Origin: Squalus acanthias
Taxonomy: Eukaryota
NCBI GenBank assembly: GCA_030390025.1
Contig: JASTWF010000033.1
Span: 1,800,001 to 1,864,000, forward strand
DNA length: 64,000 bases
Direction of reading: 5' to 3'
Shown here: one piece after another, positions 1-12,000 of the stretch
Numbering within the stretch: position 1 is the stretch's first letter
Layout: each line of letters begins with the position of its first letter
The notes under the pieces: generated by a model
Seen by the model: the letters and a program-made list of their open reading frames with translations, nothing else
Databases searched by the model: none
What the model was told of the DNA's origin: nothing
Made by a program: the position numbers and the translations under genes

Positions 1-3000
1 GTGGTCGGGGGATGGTCGGGTGGGGCTGTGGTCGGTGGATGGTCGGTTGGGGTCGGGGTCGGTGGATGATCGGGTGGGGTCGGTGGATGGTCGGGTGGGG
101 CCGGTGGATGATCGGGTAGGGTCGGTGGATGGTCGGGTGGGGTCGGTGGATAGTCAGGTGGGGTCGGGGTCGGTGGATGGTCGATTGGGGCCGGGGTCGG
201 TGGATGGTCGGGTGGGGTCGGGTCGGTGGATGGTCGGGTGGGGTAGGGGTCGGTGGATGGTTGGTTGGGGTCGGGTTAGGTGGATGGTCGGGTGGGGCCT
301 GGGTCGGTGGATGGTCGGGTGGGGTCTTGGTCGGTGGTTGGTCGGGTGGGGCTGGGGTCGGTGGATGGTCGGTTGGGGCCGGGGTCGGTGGATGGTCGGG
401 TGTTTCGGTGGGTGGTCGGGTGGGGTCGGGGTCGGGGGATGGTCGGGTGGGGTCGGTGGATGGTCGGGTGGGGTCGGTGGATGGTCGGGTGGGGCCGGGG
501 TCGGTGGATGGTCGGTTGTGGCCGGGGTCGGGGGATGGTCAGGTGGGGCCGGGGTCGGGGGATGGTCGGGTGGGGCCGGGGTCGGGGGACGATCAGGTGG
601 GGCCGGGGTCGGAGGACGGTCGGGTGGGGTCGATGTCGGTGGATGGTCGGGTGGGGTCGGGGTCGGTTGTTGGTCGGGTGGGGCCGGGGCCGGGTGGTTC
701 CGGGATCGGTGGATGGTCGGGTCGGGGGAGGGGGAGGGTCGGGTGGGGCCGGGGTCGGTGGATGGTCGGGTGGGGCCGGGGTCGGGGGATGGTCGGGTGG
801 GGCCGGGGTCGGGGGATGGTCGGGAGGGGCCGGGGTCGGTGGATGGTCGGGTGGGATCGGGTTCGTGGATGATCGAGTGGGGTCGGTGGATGGTCGGGTC
901 GTGCCGGGGTCGGTGGATGGTCGGGTGGGGTCGGTGGATGGTCGGGTGGGGCCAGTGGAAAATCGGGTAGGGTCTGTGGATGGTCGGGTGGGGTCGGGGC
1001 CGGTGGAAGATCGAGTGGGACCGGTGGATGGTCGGGTGGGGCCGGGGTCGGTGGATGGTCGGGTGGGGCCAGTGTCAAGTGGGGCCGGGGTCGGTGGATG
1101 GTCGGATGGGGCTGGTGTCGGGGGATGGACGGGTGGGGTCGGGGTCGGGGGATGGTCGGGTGGGGTCGGTGGATGGTCGGGTGGGGTCGGTGGATGTTCG
1201 GGTGGGGCCGGGGTCGGTTACTGGTCGGGTGGGGTCGGGGTCGGGGATGGTCAGGTGGGGCCGGGGTCGGGGGATGGTCGGGTGGGGTCGGGGTCGGTGG
1301 ATGGTCGGGTGGGGCCGGGGTTGGTGAATGGTCGGGTCGGGGGAGGCGGAGGGTCGGGTGGGGTCGGTGGATGGTCGGGTGGGGTCGAGGGATGGTCGGG
1401 TGGGGTCGGGGGATGGTCGGGTGCGGTCGGGGTCGGTGGATGGTCGGGTGGGGCCGAGGTCGGGGATGGTCGGGTGGGGCCGGGGATGGTCGGGTGGGGT
1501 CGGTGGATGGTCGGGTGGGGCCGGAGTCGGGGGATGGTCGGGTGGGCCGGGGTCGGTGGATGGTCGGGTGGGGTCGGGGATGGTCGGGTGGGGTCGGTAG
1601 ATGGTCGGGTGGGGCCGGGGTCGGGGATGGTCGGGTGGGGCCGGGTCGGGTCGAGTGGGGTCGGGTCGGGGGATGGTCGGGTGGGGCCGGGGTCGGGGGA
1701 TGGTCGGGTGGGGCCGGGGTCGGGGAATGGTCGGGTGGGGCCGGGGTCGGGTCGAGTGGGGTCGGGGTCGGGGATGGTCGGGTGGGGCCGGGGTCGGGGG
1801 ATGGTCGGGTGGGGCCGGGGTCGGGGAATGGTTGGGTGGGGCCGGGGTCTGGTCGAGTGGGGTCGGGGTCGGGGGATGGTCGGGTGGGGCCGGGGTCGGG
1901 GGATGGTCGGGTGGGGCCGGGGGTCGGGGGACGGTCAGGTGGGGCCGGAGTCGGTGGACGGTCGGGTGGGGTCGGTGGATGGTCGGGTGGGGTCGGTGGA
2001 TGGTCGGGTGTGGCCGGGGTCGGGGGATGGTCAGGTGGGGCCGGGGTCGGGGGATGTCGGGTGGGGCCGGGGTCGGGGGACGGTCAGGTGGGGCCGGGGT
2101 CGGAGGACGGTCGGGTGGGGTCGGTGTCGGTGGATGGTCGGGTGGGGTCGGGGTCGGTTGTTGGTCGGGTGGGGCCGGGCCGGGTGGTTCCGGGGTCGGT
2201 GGATGGTCGGGTCGGGGGAGGGGGAGGGTCGGGTGGGGCCGGGGTCGGTGGATGGTCGGTGGGGTCGGGGTCGGTTGTTGGTCGGGTGGGGCCGGGGCCG
2301 GGTGGTTCCGGGGTCGGTGGATGGTCGGGTCGGGGGAGGGGGAGGGTCGGGTGGGGCCGGGGTCGGTGGATGGTCGGGTCGGGGAGGGGGAGGGTCGGGT
2401 GGGGCCGGGGTCGGTGGATGGTCGGGTGGGGCCGGGGTCGGGGGATGGTCGGGTGGGGCCGGGGTCGGGGGTTGGTCGGGTGGGGCCGGGGTCAGGGGAT
2501 GGTCGGGTGGGATCGGGGTCGTGGATGATCGAGTGGGGTCGGTGGATGGTCGGGTCGGGCCGGGGTCGGTGGATGGTCGGGTGGGGTCGGTGGATGGTCA
2601 GGTGGGGCCAGTGGAAAATCGGGTAGGGTCTGTGGATGTTCGGGTGGGGTCGGGGCCGGTGGAAGATCGAGTGGGGCCGGTGGATGGTCGGGTGGGCCGG
2701 GGTCGGTGGATGGTCGGGTGGGGCCAGTGTCAAGTGGGGCCGGGGTCGGTGGATGGTCGGGTGGGGCTGGTGTCGGGGGATGGACGGGTGGGGTCGGGGT
2801 CGGGGATGGTCGGGTGGGGTCGGTGGATGGTCGGGTGGGGTCGGTGGATGTTCAGGTGGGGCCGGGGTCGGTTAATGGTCGGGTGGGGTCGGGGTCGGGG
2901 ATGGTCAGGTCGGGTCGGGGTCGGGGGATGGTCGGGTGGAGCCGGGGACGGGGATGGTCGGGTGGGGCAGGGGTCGGGGATGGTCATCTGGGGCCGGGGT

Positions 3001-6000
3001 CGGTGGATGGTCGGGTGGGGTCGGTGGATGGTCGGGTGGGGTCGGGGTCGGTGGATGGTCGGATGGGGCCGGGGTCGGTGGATTTTCGGGTGTGTCGGGT
3101 CGGTGGATGGTCGGGTGGGGTCGGGGTCGGTGGATGGTCGGGTGGGGTCGGGGTCGGTGGATGGTCGGGTGGGGTCTTGGTCGGTGGATAGTCGTGTGGG
3201 GCCGGGGTCGGTGGATGTTCGGGTGGTGCCGGGATCGGTGGATGGTCGGGTGGGGCCGGGGTCGGTGGATGGTCGGGTGGGGCCGGGGTCGGTAGATGGT
3301 CGGGTGGGTCGGTGGGTAGTCGGTTGGGGCCGGGGTCGGCGGATGGTCGGGTGGGGTCGGGGTCGGTGGGTGGTCGGTTGGGGCCGGGGTCGTGGGATGG
3401 TCGTGTGGAGTCGGGGTCGGTGGATGGTCGGGTGGGGTCGGTGGATGGTCGTGTGGGGCCGGGGTCGGGGGATAGTCGGGTGGAGTCGGTGGATGGTCGG
3501 GTGGGGCCGGGGTCGGTGGATGGTCAGGTGGGGCCGGGGACGGGGGATGGTCGGGTGGGGCCGAGGGCGGGGGATAGTCAGGTGGGGCTGGGGTCGGGGA
3601 ATGGTCGGGTGGGGTCGGGGTCGGTGGATGGTCGGGTGGGGCCGGGGTCGGTGGATGGTCGCGTCGGGGTCGGGGAAGGGTCGGGTGGGGCCGGGGTCTG
3701 TGGATGGTCGGGTGGGGCCGGGTTCGGGGAATGGTCGGGTGGGGCCGTGGTCGGGGGATGGTCGGGTGGGGCTGGGGTCGGTGGATGGTCGGTTGGGGTC
3801 GGGGTCGGTGGATGATCGGGTGGGGTCGGTGGATGGTCGGGTGGGGCCGGTGGATGATCGGGTAGGGTCGGTGGATGGTCGGGTGGGGTCGGTGGATAGT
3901 CAGGTGGGGTCGTGGTCGGTGGATGGTCGATTGGGGCCGGGGTCGGTGGATGGTCGGGTGGGGTCGGGTCGGTGGATGGTCGGGTGGGGTCGGGGTCGGT
4001 GGATGGTTGTTTGGGGTCGGGTTAGGTGGATGGTCGGGTGGGGCCTGGGTCGGTGGATGGTCGGGTGGGGTCTTGGTCGGTGGTTGGTCGGGTGGGGCTG
4101 GGGTCGGTGGATGGTCAAGTGGGGTCGGGTTCGGTGGATGGTCGGTTGGGGCCGGGTCGGTGGATGGTCGTGTGTTTCGGTGGGTGGTCGGTTGGGGCCG
4201 GGGTCGGGGGATGGTCGGGTGGGGTCGGGGTCGGTGGATGGTCGGGTGGGGTCGGTGGATGGTCGGTTGGGGCCGGGGTCGGGGGATGGTCGGTTGGGGT
4301 CGGGGTCGGTGGATGGTTGGGTGGGGTCGGTGGATGGTCGTGTGGGGCCGGGGTCGGGGGATGGTCGGGTGGAGCGGGTGTCGGTGGATCGTCGGGTGGG
4401 TCCGGGTCGGTCGGGTGGGGCCGGGGGTCGGTGGATGGTCGGTTGGGTCGGTGATGGTCGGGTGGGGCCAGGGTCGGTGGATGGTAGGGTGGGGTCGGTG
4501 GATGGTCGGGTGGGGCCGGGGTCGTTTGATGGTCGGGTGGGGCCGGGGTCGGTGGATGGTCGGGTGGGGGCGGGGTCGGTGGATTGTCGGGTGGGGCCGG
4601 GGTCGGTGGATGGTCGGGTAGGGACGGGTCGGTGGATGGTCGGGTGGTTCGGTGGGTGGTCGGTTGGGGCCGGGGTCGGGGGATGGTCGGGTGGGTTTGG
4701 GGTCGGTGGATGGTCGCGGGGGTCGGTGGATGGTCGGTTGGGGCCGGGGTCGGGGATGGTCGGGTGGGTCGGGGTCGGTGGATGGTCGGGTGGGGTCGGT
4801 GGATGGTCGTATGGGGGCCGGGTCGGGGGATGGTCGGGTGGATTCGGGTGTCGGTGGATGGTCGGGTGGGTCCGGGGTCGGATCGGGTGGGGTCGGGGTC
4901 GGTGGATGGTCGGGTGGGGCCGGGGTCGGTGGATGGTCGGGTGGGGTCGGTGGATGGTCGGGTGGGGCCGGGGTCGTTTGATGGTCGGGTGGGGCCGAGG
5001 TCGGTGGATGGTCGGGTGGGGCCGGGGTCGGGGGATGTTCGGGTGGGGCCGGGGGTCGGGGGATGGTCGGGTGGGGCCGGGGTCGGGGTCGGGGGATGGT
5101 CGGGTGGGGCCGGGGTCGGGGGATGGTCGGGTGGGGCTGGGGGATGGTCGGGTGGGGTCGGTGGATGGTAGGGTGGGGTCGGGGTCGGGGTCGGGGGATG
5201 GTCGGGTGAGGTCGGGGGATGGTCGGGTGGGGTCGGTGGATGTTCGGGTGGGGTCGGGGTCGGTGGATGGTTGGGTGGGGCCGGGTCGGGGATGGTCGGG
5301 TGGGACCGAGGTCGGGGGATGGTCAGGTGGGGCTGGGGTCGGGCAATGGTCGGGTGGGGTCGGGGTCGGTGGATGGTCGGGTCGGGGGAGGGGAGGTTCG
5401 GGTTGGGCCGGGGTCGGTGAATGTTCGGGTGGGGCTGTGGTCGGTGGATGGTCGGGTGGGGTCGGGGTCGGTGGATGATCGGGTGGGGTCGGTGGATGGT
5501 CGGGTGGGGCCGGGGTCGGTGGATGGTCGGGTGGGTTCGGTGGATGGTCGGGTGGGGCTGGTGGATGATCGGGTCGGGTCGGTGGATGGTCGAGTGGGGT
5601 CGGGGCCGGTGGATGATCGGGTGTGGTCGGTGGATGATCGGGTGGGGGCCGGTGGATAATTGGGTGGGGTCGGGGTCGGTGGATGGTCGGATGGGGCCGG
5701 GGTCGGTGGATGGTCGGGTGGGGTCGGGTCGGTGGATGGTCGGGTGGGGTCGGGGTCGTTGGATGGTCGGGTGGGGTCGGGTTCGGTGGATGGTCGGGTG
5801 GGGCCTGGGTCGGTGGATGGTCGGGTGGGGTCCGTGGATGGTCGGGTGGGGCTGGGGTCGGTGGATGGTCGGTTGGGGCCGGGGTCGGTGGATGGTCGGG
5901 TGGGGACGGGGTCGCTGGATGGTCGGGTGGGGCCGGGGTCGGTGGATGGTCGGGTGGGTCGGTGGGTGGTCGGTTGGGGCCGTGGTCGGGGGATGGTCGG

Positions 6001-9000
6001 TTGGGGCCGGGGTCGGGGGATGGTCGGGTGGGGTCGGGGTCGGTGGATGGTCGGGTGGGGTTGGTTGATGGTCGTGTGGGGCCGGGGTCGGGGAATGGTC
6101 GGGTGGAGTCGGGTGTCGGTGGATGTTCGGGTGGGGCCGGGGTCGGGTCGGGTGGGGCCGGGGTCGGTGGATGGTCGGGTGGGGCCGGGGTCGGTGGATG
6201 GTCGGGTGGGGTCGGTGGATGGTCGGGTGGGGCCAGGGTCGGTGGATGGTCGGGTGGGGTCGGTGGATGGTCGGGTGGGGCCGGTGTCGGTGGATGATCG
6301 GGTGGGGCCGGTGGATACTCGGGTGGGGTCGGGGTCGGTGGATGGTCGGGTGGGGTCGGGTTCGGTGGATGGTCGGGTGGGGTCTTGGTCCGTGGATAGT
6401 CGGGTGGGGCTGGGGTCGGTGGATGGTCGGTTGGGGCCGGGGTCGGTGGATGGTAGGGTGGGGCCGGGGTCGGTGGATGGTCGGGTGGGGACGGGTCGCT
6501 GGATGGTCGGGTGGGGCCGGGTCGGTGGATGGTCGGGTGGGTCGGTGGGTGGTCGGTTGTGGCCGGGGTCGGGGGATGGTCGGGTGGGGTCGGGGTCGGA
6601 GGATGGTCGAGTGGGGTCGGTGGGTGTTCGGTTGGGGCCGGGTGGGGGGATGGTCGGGTGGGGTCGGGGTCGGTGGATGGTCGGGTGGGGTTGGTTGATG
6701 GTCGTGTGGGGCCGGGGTCGGGGGATGGTCGGGTGGAGTCGGGTGTCGGTGGATGTTCGGGTGGGGCCGGGGTCGGGTAGTGTGGGGCCGGGGTCGGTGG
6801 ATGGTCGGGTGGGGCCGGGGTCGGTGGATGGTCGGGTGGGGTCGGTGGATGGTCTGGTGGGGCCAGTGTCGGTGGATGGTCGGGTGGTGTCGGTGGATGG
6901 TCGGGTGGGGCCGGGGTCGGTTGATGGTCGGGTGGGGCCGGGGTCGTTGGATGGTCGGGTGGGGCCGTGGTCGGGGGATGGTCGGGTGGGGCCGGAGGAT
7001 GGTCGGTTGAGGTCGGTGGATGGTAGGGTGGGGCCGGGGTCGGGGGATGGTTGGGTGGGGCCGGGGGATGGTCGGGTGGGGTCGGTGGATGGTAGGGTGG
7101 GGCCGGGGTCGGGGGATGGTTGGGTGGGGCCGGGGATGGTCGGGTGGGGTCGGTGGATGTTAGGGTGGGGCTGGGGTCGGGGGATGGTTGGGTGGGGCCG
7201 GTGTCGGGGGATGGTCGGGTAGGGCCGGGGTCGGGGTCGGGGGATGGTCGGGTGGGGCCGGTGTCGGGGGATGGTCGGGTGGGGCCGGGGTCAGTGGATG
7301 GTCGGGTGAGGTCGGGGGATGGTCGGGTGGGCTGGGGTCGGTGGATGGTCGGGTGGGGTCGGTGGATTGTCGGGTGGGGTCGGTGGATGTTCGGGTGGGG
7401 TCGGGGTCGGTGGATGGTCCGGTGGGGTCGGGGACGGTGGATGGTTGGGTGGGGCCGGGGTCGGGGGATGGTCGGGTGGGGCCGGTGGGTGTTCGGGTGG
7501 GGCCGTGGCCGGGGGATGGTCGGGTGGGGCCGGGTTCGGTGGCGGGTCGGGGCCGGTGGATGGTCAGGTGGGGCCGGGGTCGGTGGATGGTCGGGTGGGG
7601 CCGGGGTCGGGGGATGGTCGGGTGGGGTCGGGGGATGGTCGGGTGGGGCCGGTGTCGGTGGATGGTTGGGTGGGGCCGGGGGTCGGGGGATGGTCGGGTG
7701 GGGCCGGTGGGTGTTCGGATGGGGCCGTGGTCGGGGGATTTTCGGGTGGGGCCGGGGTCGGTGGGTGTTCGGGTGGTGCCGGGGTCGGGAGATGGTCGGG
7801 TGGGGCCGGGGTCGGTGGCGGGTCGGGGCCTTTGGATGGTCAGGTGGGACCGGGTCGGTGGATGGTCGGGTGGGGCCGGGGTCGGGGGATGGTCGGGTGG
7901 GGTCGGGGGATGGTCGGGTGGGGTCGGGGTCGGTGGATGGTCGGGTGGAGCCGGGGTCGGTGGATGGTCGGGGCCGGTGGATGGTTGGGTGGGGCCGGGG
8001 TTGGTGGATGGTCGGGTTGGGCCGGGGTCGGGGGATGGTCGGGTGGGGCCGGGGTCGGGGGATGGTCGGTTGGGGTCGGTGGATGGTCGGGTGGGGCCGG
8101 TGGGTGTTCGGGTGGTGCCGTGGTCGGTGGATGGTCGGGTGGGGCCGGGGTCGGGGGATGGTCGGGTGGGGTCGGGGGATGGTCGGGTGGGGTCGGGGTC
8201 GGTGGATGGTCGGGTGGGGGCCGGGGTCGATGGATGGTCGGGGCCGGTGGATGGTTGGGTGGGGCCGGGGTCGGTGGATGGTCGGGTTGGGCCGGGGTCG
8301 GGGATGGTCGGGTGGGGCCGGGGTCGGGGGATGGTCGTGTGGGGTCGGGGGATGGTCAGGTGGGGCCGGGGTCGGAGAATGTTCGTGTGGGGCGGGGTCG
8401 GGGGATTGTCGGGTGGGGCCAGGGTCGGTGGGTGGTCGGGTCGGGGGAGGGGGAGGGTCGGGTGGGGCCGGGGTCGGAGGATGGTCGGGTGGGGTCGGTG
8501 GATGGTCGGGTGGGTCGGGGTCGGTGGATGGTCGGGTGGGGTCGGGGGATTGTCGGGTGGGGCCGTGGTCGGTGGATGGTCGTGGTCGGTGGATGGTCGG
8601 GTGGGGCCGGGGTCGGGGGATGGTCGGGTGGGGCCGGGGTCGGGGGATGGTCGGGTGGGGTCGGTGGATGGTCGGGTGGGGTCGGAGGATGGTCGGGTGG
8701 GGCTCGGGTCGGGGGATGGTCAGGTGGGGCCGGGGTCGGGGAATGTTCGGGTGGGGCCGGGGTCGGGGGATTGTCGGGTGGGGCCGTGGTCGGTGGATGG
8801 TCGGGGTCGGTGGATGGTCGGGTGGGGTCGTGGTCGGTGAATGGTCGGGTGGGGCCGCGGTCGGTGGGTGGTCGGGTCGGGGGAGGGGGAGGGTCGGGTG
8901 GGGCCGGGGTCGGTGGATGGTCGGGTGGGGCCGGGGTCAGTGGATGATCGGGTGGGACCGGGTTCGGGGGATGGTCTGGTGGGGCCGGGTTCGGTGGATG

Positions 9001-12000
9001 GTCATGTGGGGCCGGGTCGGTGGATGGTCGGGTGGGGCCGTGGTCGGGGGATGGTCAGGTGGGGCCGGGGTCGGAGGATGGTCGGGTGGGGTCGGGGTCG
9101 GGAGATGGTCGGGTGGGGCCGGGTCGGTGGCGGGTCGGGGCCTTTGGATGGTCAGGTGGGGCCGGGGTCGGTGGATGGTCGGGTGGGGCGGGGGTCGGGG
9201 GATGTTCGGGTGGGGTCGGGGGATGGTCGGGTGGGGTCGGGTTCGGGGGATGGTCGGGTGGAGCCGGGGTCGGTGGATGGTCGGGCCGGTGGATGGTTGG
9301 GTGGGGCCGGGGTTGGTGGATGGTCGGGTTGGGCCGGGGTCGGGGGATGGTCGGGTGGGGCCGGGTCGGGGGATGGTCGGGTGGGGTCGGTGGATGGTCG
9401 GGTGGGGCCGGTGGGTGTTCGGGTGGGGCCGTGGTCGGTGGATGGTCGGGTGGGGCCGGGGTCGGGGGATGGTCGGGTGGGGTCGGGGGATGGTCGGGTG
9501 GGGTCGGGGTCGGTGGATGGTCGGGTGGGGCCGGGGTCGGTGGATGGTCGGGTAGGGTCGGGGGATGGTCGGGTGGGGTCGGAGTCGGTGGATGGTCGGG
9601 TGGGGCCGGGGTCGGTGGATGGTCGGGGCCGGTGGATGGTTGGGTGGGGCCGGGTCGGTGGATGGTCGGGTGGGGCCGGGGTCGGGGATGGTCGGGTGGG
9701 GCCGGGGGATTGTCGGGTGGGGCCGTGGTCGGTGAATGGTCGGGTGGGGCCGGGGTCGGTGGATGGTCGGGTGGGGCCGGGTCGGTTGGTCTGGTGTGGC
9801 CGGGTTCGGTGGATGGTCGGGTCGGGGGAGGGGACGGTCGGGTGGGGCCGGGGTCGGTGGGTGGTCGGGTCGGGGGAGGGGAGGGTCGGGTGGGCCGGGT
9901 CGGTGGATGGTCGGGTGGGGCCGGGGTCGGTGGATGATCGGGTGGGGCCGGGGTCGGGGGATGGTCTGGTGGGGCCGGGTTCGGTGGATGGTCATGTGCG
10001 GCCGGGGTCGGTGGATGGTCCGGTGGGGCCGTGGTCGGAGGATGGTCGGGTGGGGTCGGGTCGGGGGATGGTCGGGTGGGGCCGTGGTCGGTGGATGGTC
10101 TGGGTCGGTGGATGGTCGGGTGGGGTCGTGGTCGGTGGATGGTCGGGTGGGGCCGGGTCGGGGGATGGTCGGGTGGGGCCGGGGTCGGGGGATGGTCGGG
10201 TGGGGTCGGAGGATGGTCGGGTGGGGTCGGAGGATGGTCGGGTGGGGCTCGGGTCGGGGGATGGTCAGGTGGGTCCGGGGTCGGGGAATGTTCGGGTGGG
10301 GCCGGGGTCGGGGGATTGTCGGGTGGGGCCGTGGTCGGTGGATAGTCGGGGTCGGTGGATGGTCGGGTGGGGTCGCGGTCGGTGAATGGTCGGGTGGGGC
10401 CGGGGTCGGTGGGTGGTCGGGTCGGGGAAGGGGGAGGGTCGGGTGGGGCCGGGGTCGGTGGATGGTCGGGTGGGGCCGGGGTCGGTGGATGATCGGGTGG
10501 GGCCGGGGTCGGGGGATGGTCAGGTGGGGCCGGGGTCGGAGGATGGTCGGGTGGGGTCGGGGTCGGTGGATGGTCGGGTGGGGTCGGGGGAGGTTCGGGT
10601 GGGGCCGGGTCGGGGGATTGTCGGGTGGGGCCGTGGTCGGTGGATGGTCGGGGTCGGTGGATGGTCGGGTGGGGTCGTGGTCGGTGAATGGTCGGGTGGG
10701 CCGGGGTCGGTGGGTGGTCGGGTCGGGGGAGGGGGAGGGTCGGGTGGGGCCGGGGTCGGTGGATGGTCGGGTGGGGCCGGGGGAGGTGGATGGTCGGGTG
10801 GGGCCGGGTCGGGGGTTGGTCGGGTGGGGCCGGGTTCGGTGGATGGTCGTGTGGGGCCGGGGTCGGTGGATGGTCGGGTGGGGCCGTGGTCGGGGGATGT
10901 TCAGGTGGGGCCGGGGTTGGAGGATGGTCGGGTGGGGTCGGGGTCGGTGGATGGTCGGGTGGGGTCGGGGGAGTTTCGGGTGGGGCCGTTGTCGGTGGAT
11001 GGTCGGGTGGGGTCGGTGGATGGTCGGGTGGGGCCGGGGTCGGTGGATGATCGGGTGGGGTCGGGGTCGGTGGATGGTCGGTGGGTCCGGTGGATGGTTG
11101 GGTGGGGCCGGGGTCGGTGGATGGTCGGGTGGGGTCGGTGGATGGTCGGGTGGGGCCGGGGTCGGTGGATTGTCGGGTGGGGCCGGGGTCGGTGGGTGTT
11201 CGGGTGGTTCCGGGGTCGGAGGATGGTCGGGTGGGGCAGGGGTCGGTGGCGGGTCGGGGCCGGTGGATGGTCAGCTGGGGCCGGGGTCAGTGGATGGTCG
11301 GGTGGGGCCGGGGTCGGTGGATGGTCGGGTGGGGTCGGGGCCGGTGGATGATCGGGTGGGGCCGGTGGATGATCGGGTGGGGTCGGGGTCGGTGGATGGT
11401 CGGGTGGGTCGGTGGATGGTCGGGTGGGGTCGGGGCCGGTGGATGAAGTGGTGGGGTCGGTGGATCGGGTGGGGCTCGGGTCGCGGGATGGTCAGGTGGG
11501 GCCGGGGTCGGGGAATGTACGGGTGGGGCCGGGTTCGGTGGATGGTCGTGTGGGGCCGGGGTCGGTGGATGGTCGGGTGGGGCCGTGGTCGGGGGATGGT
11601 CAGGTGGGGCCTGGGTCGGAGGATGGTCGGGTGGGGTCGGGGTCGGTGGATGGTCGGGTGGGGTCGGGGTCGGTGGATGATCGGGTGGGGTCGGTGGATG
11701 GTCGGGTGGGGCCGGGGTCGGTGGATGGTCGGGTGGGTTCGGTGGATGGTCGGGTGGGGCTGGTGGATGATCGGGTCGGGTCGGTGGATGGTCGAGTGGG
11801 GTCGGGGCCGGTGGATGATCGGGTGTGGTCGGTGGATGATCGGGTGGGGCCGGTGGATAATTGGGTGGGGTCGGGGTCGGTGGATGGTCGGATGGGGCCG
11901 GGGTCGGTGGATGGTCGGGTGGGGTCGGGGTCGGTGGATGGTCGGGTGGGGTCGGGGTCGTTGGATGGTCGGGTGGGGTCGGGTTCGGTGGATGGTCGGG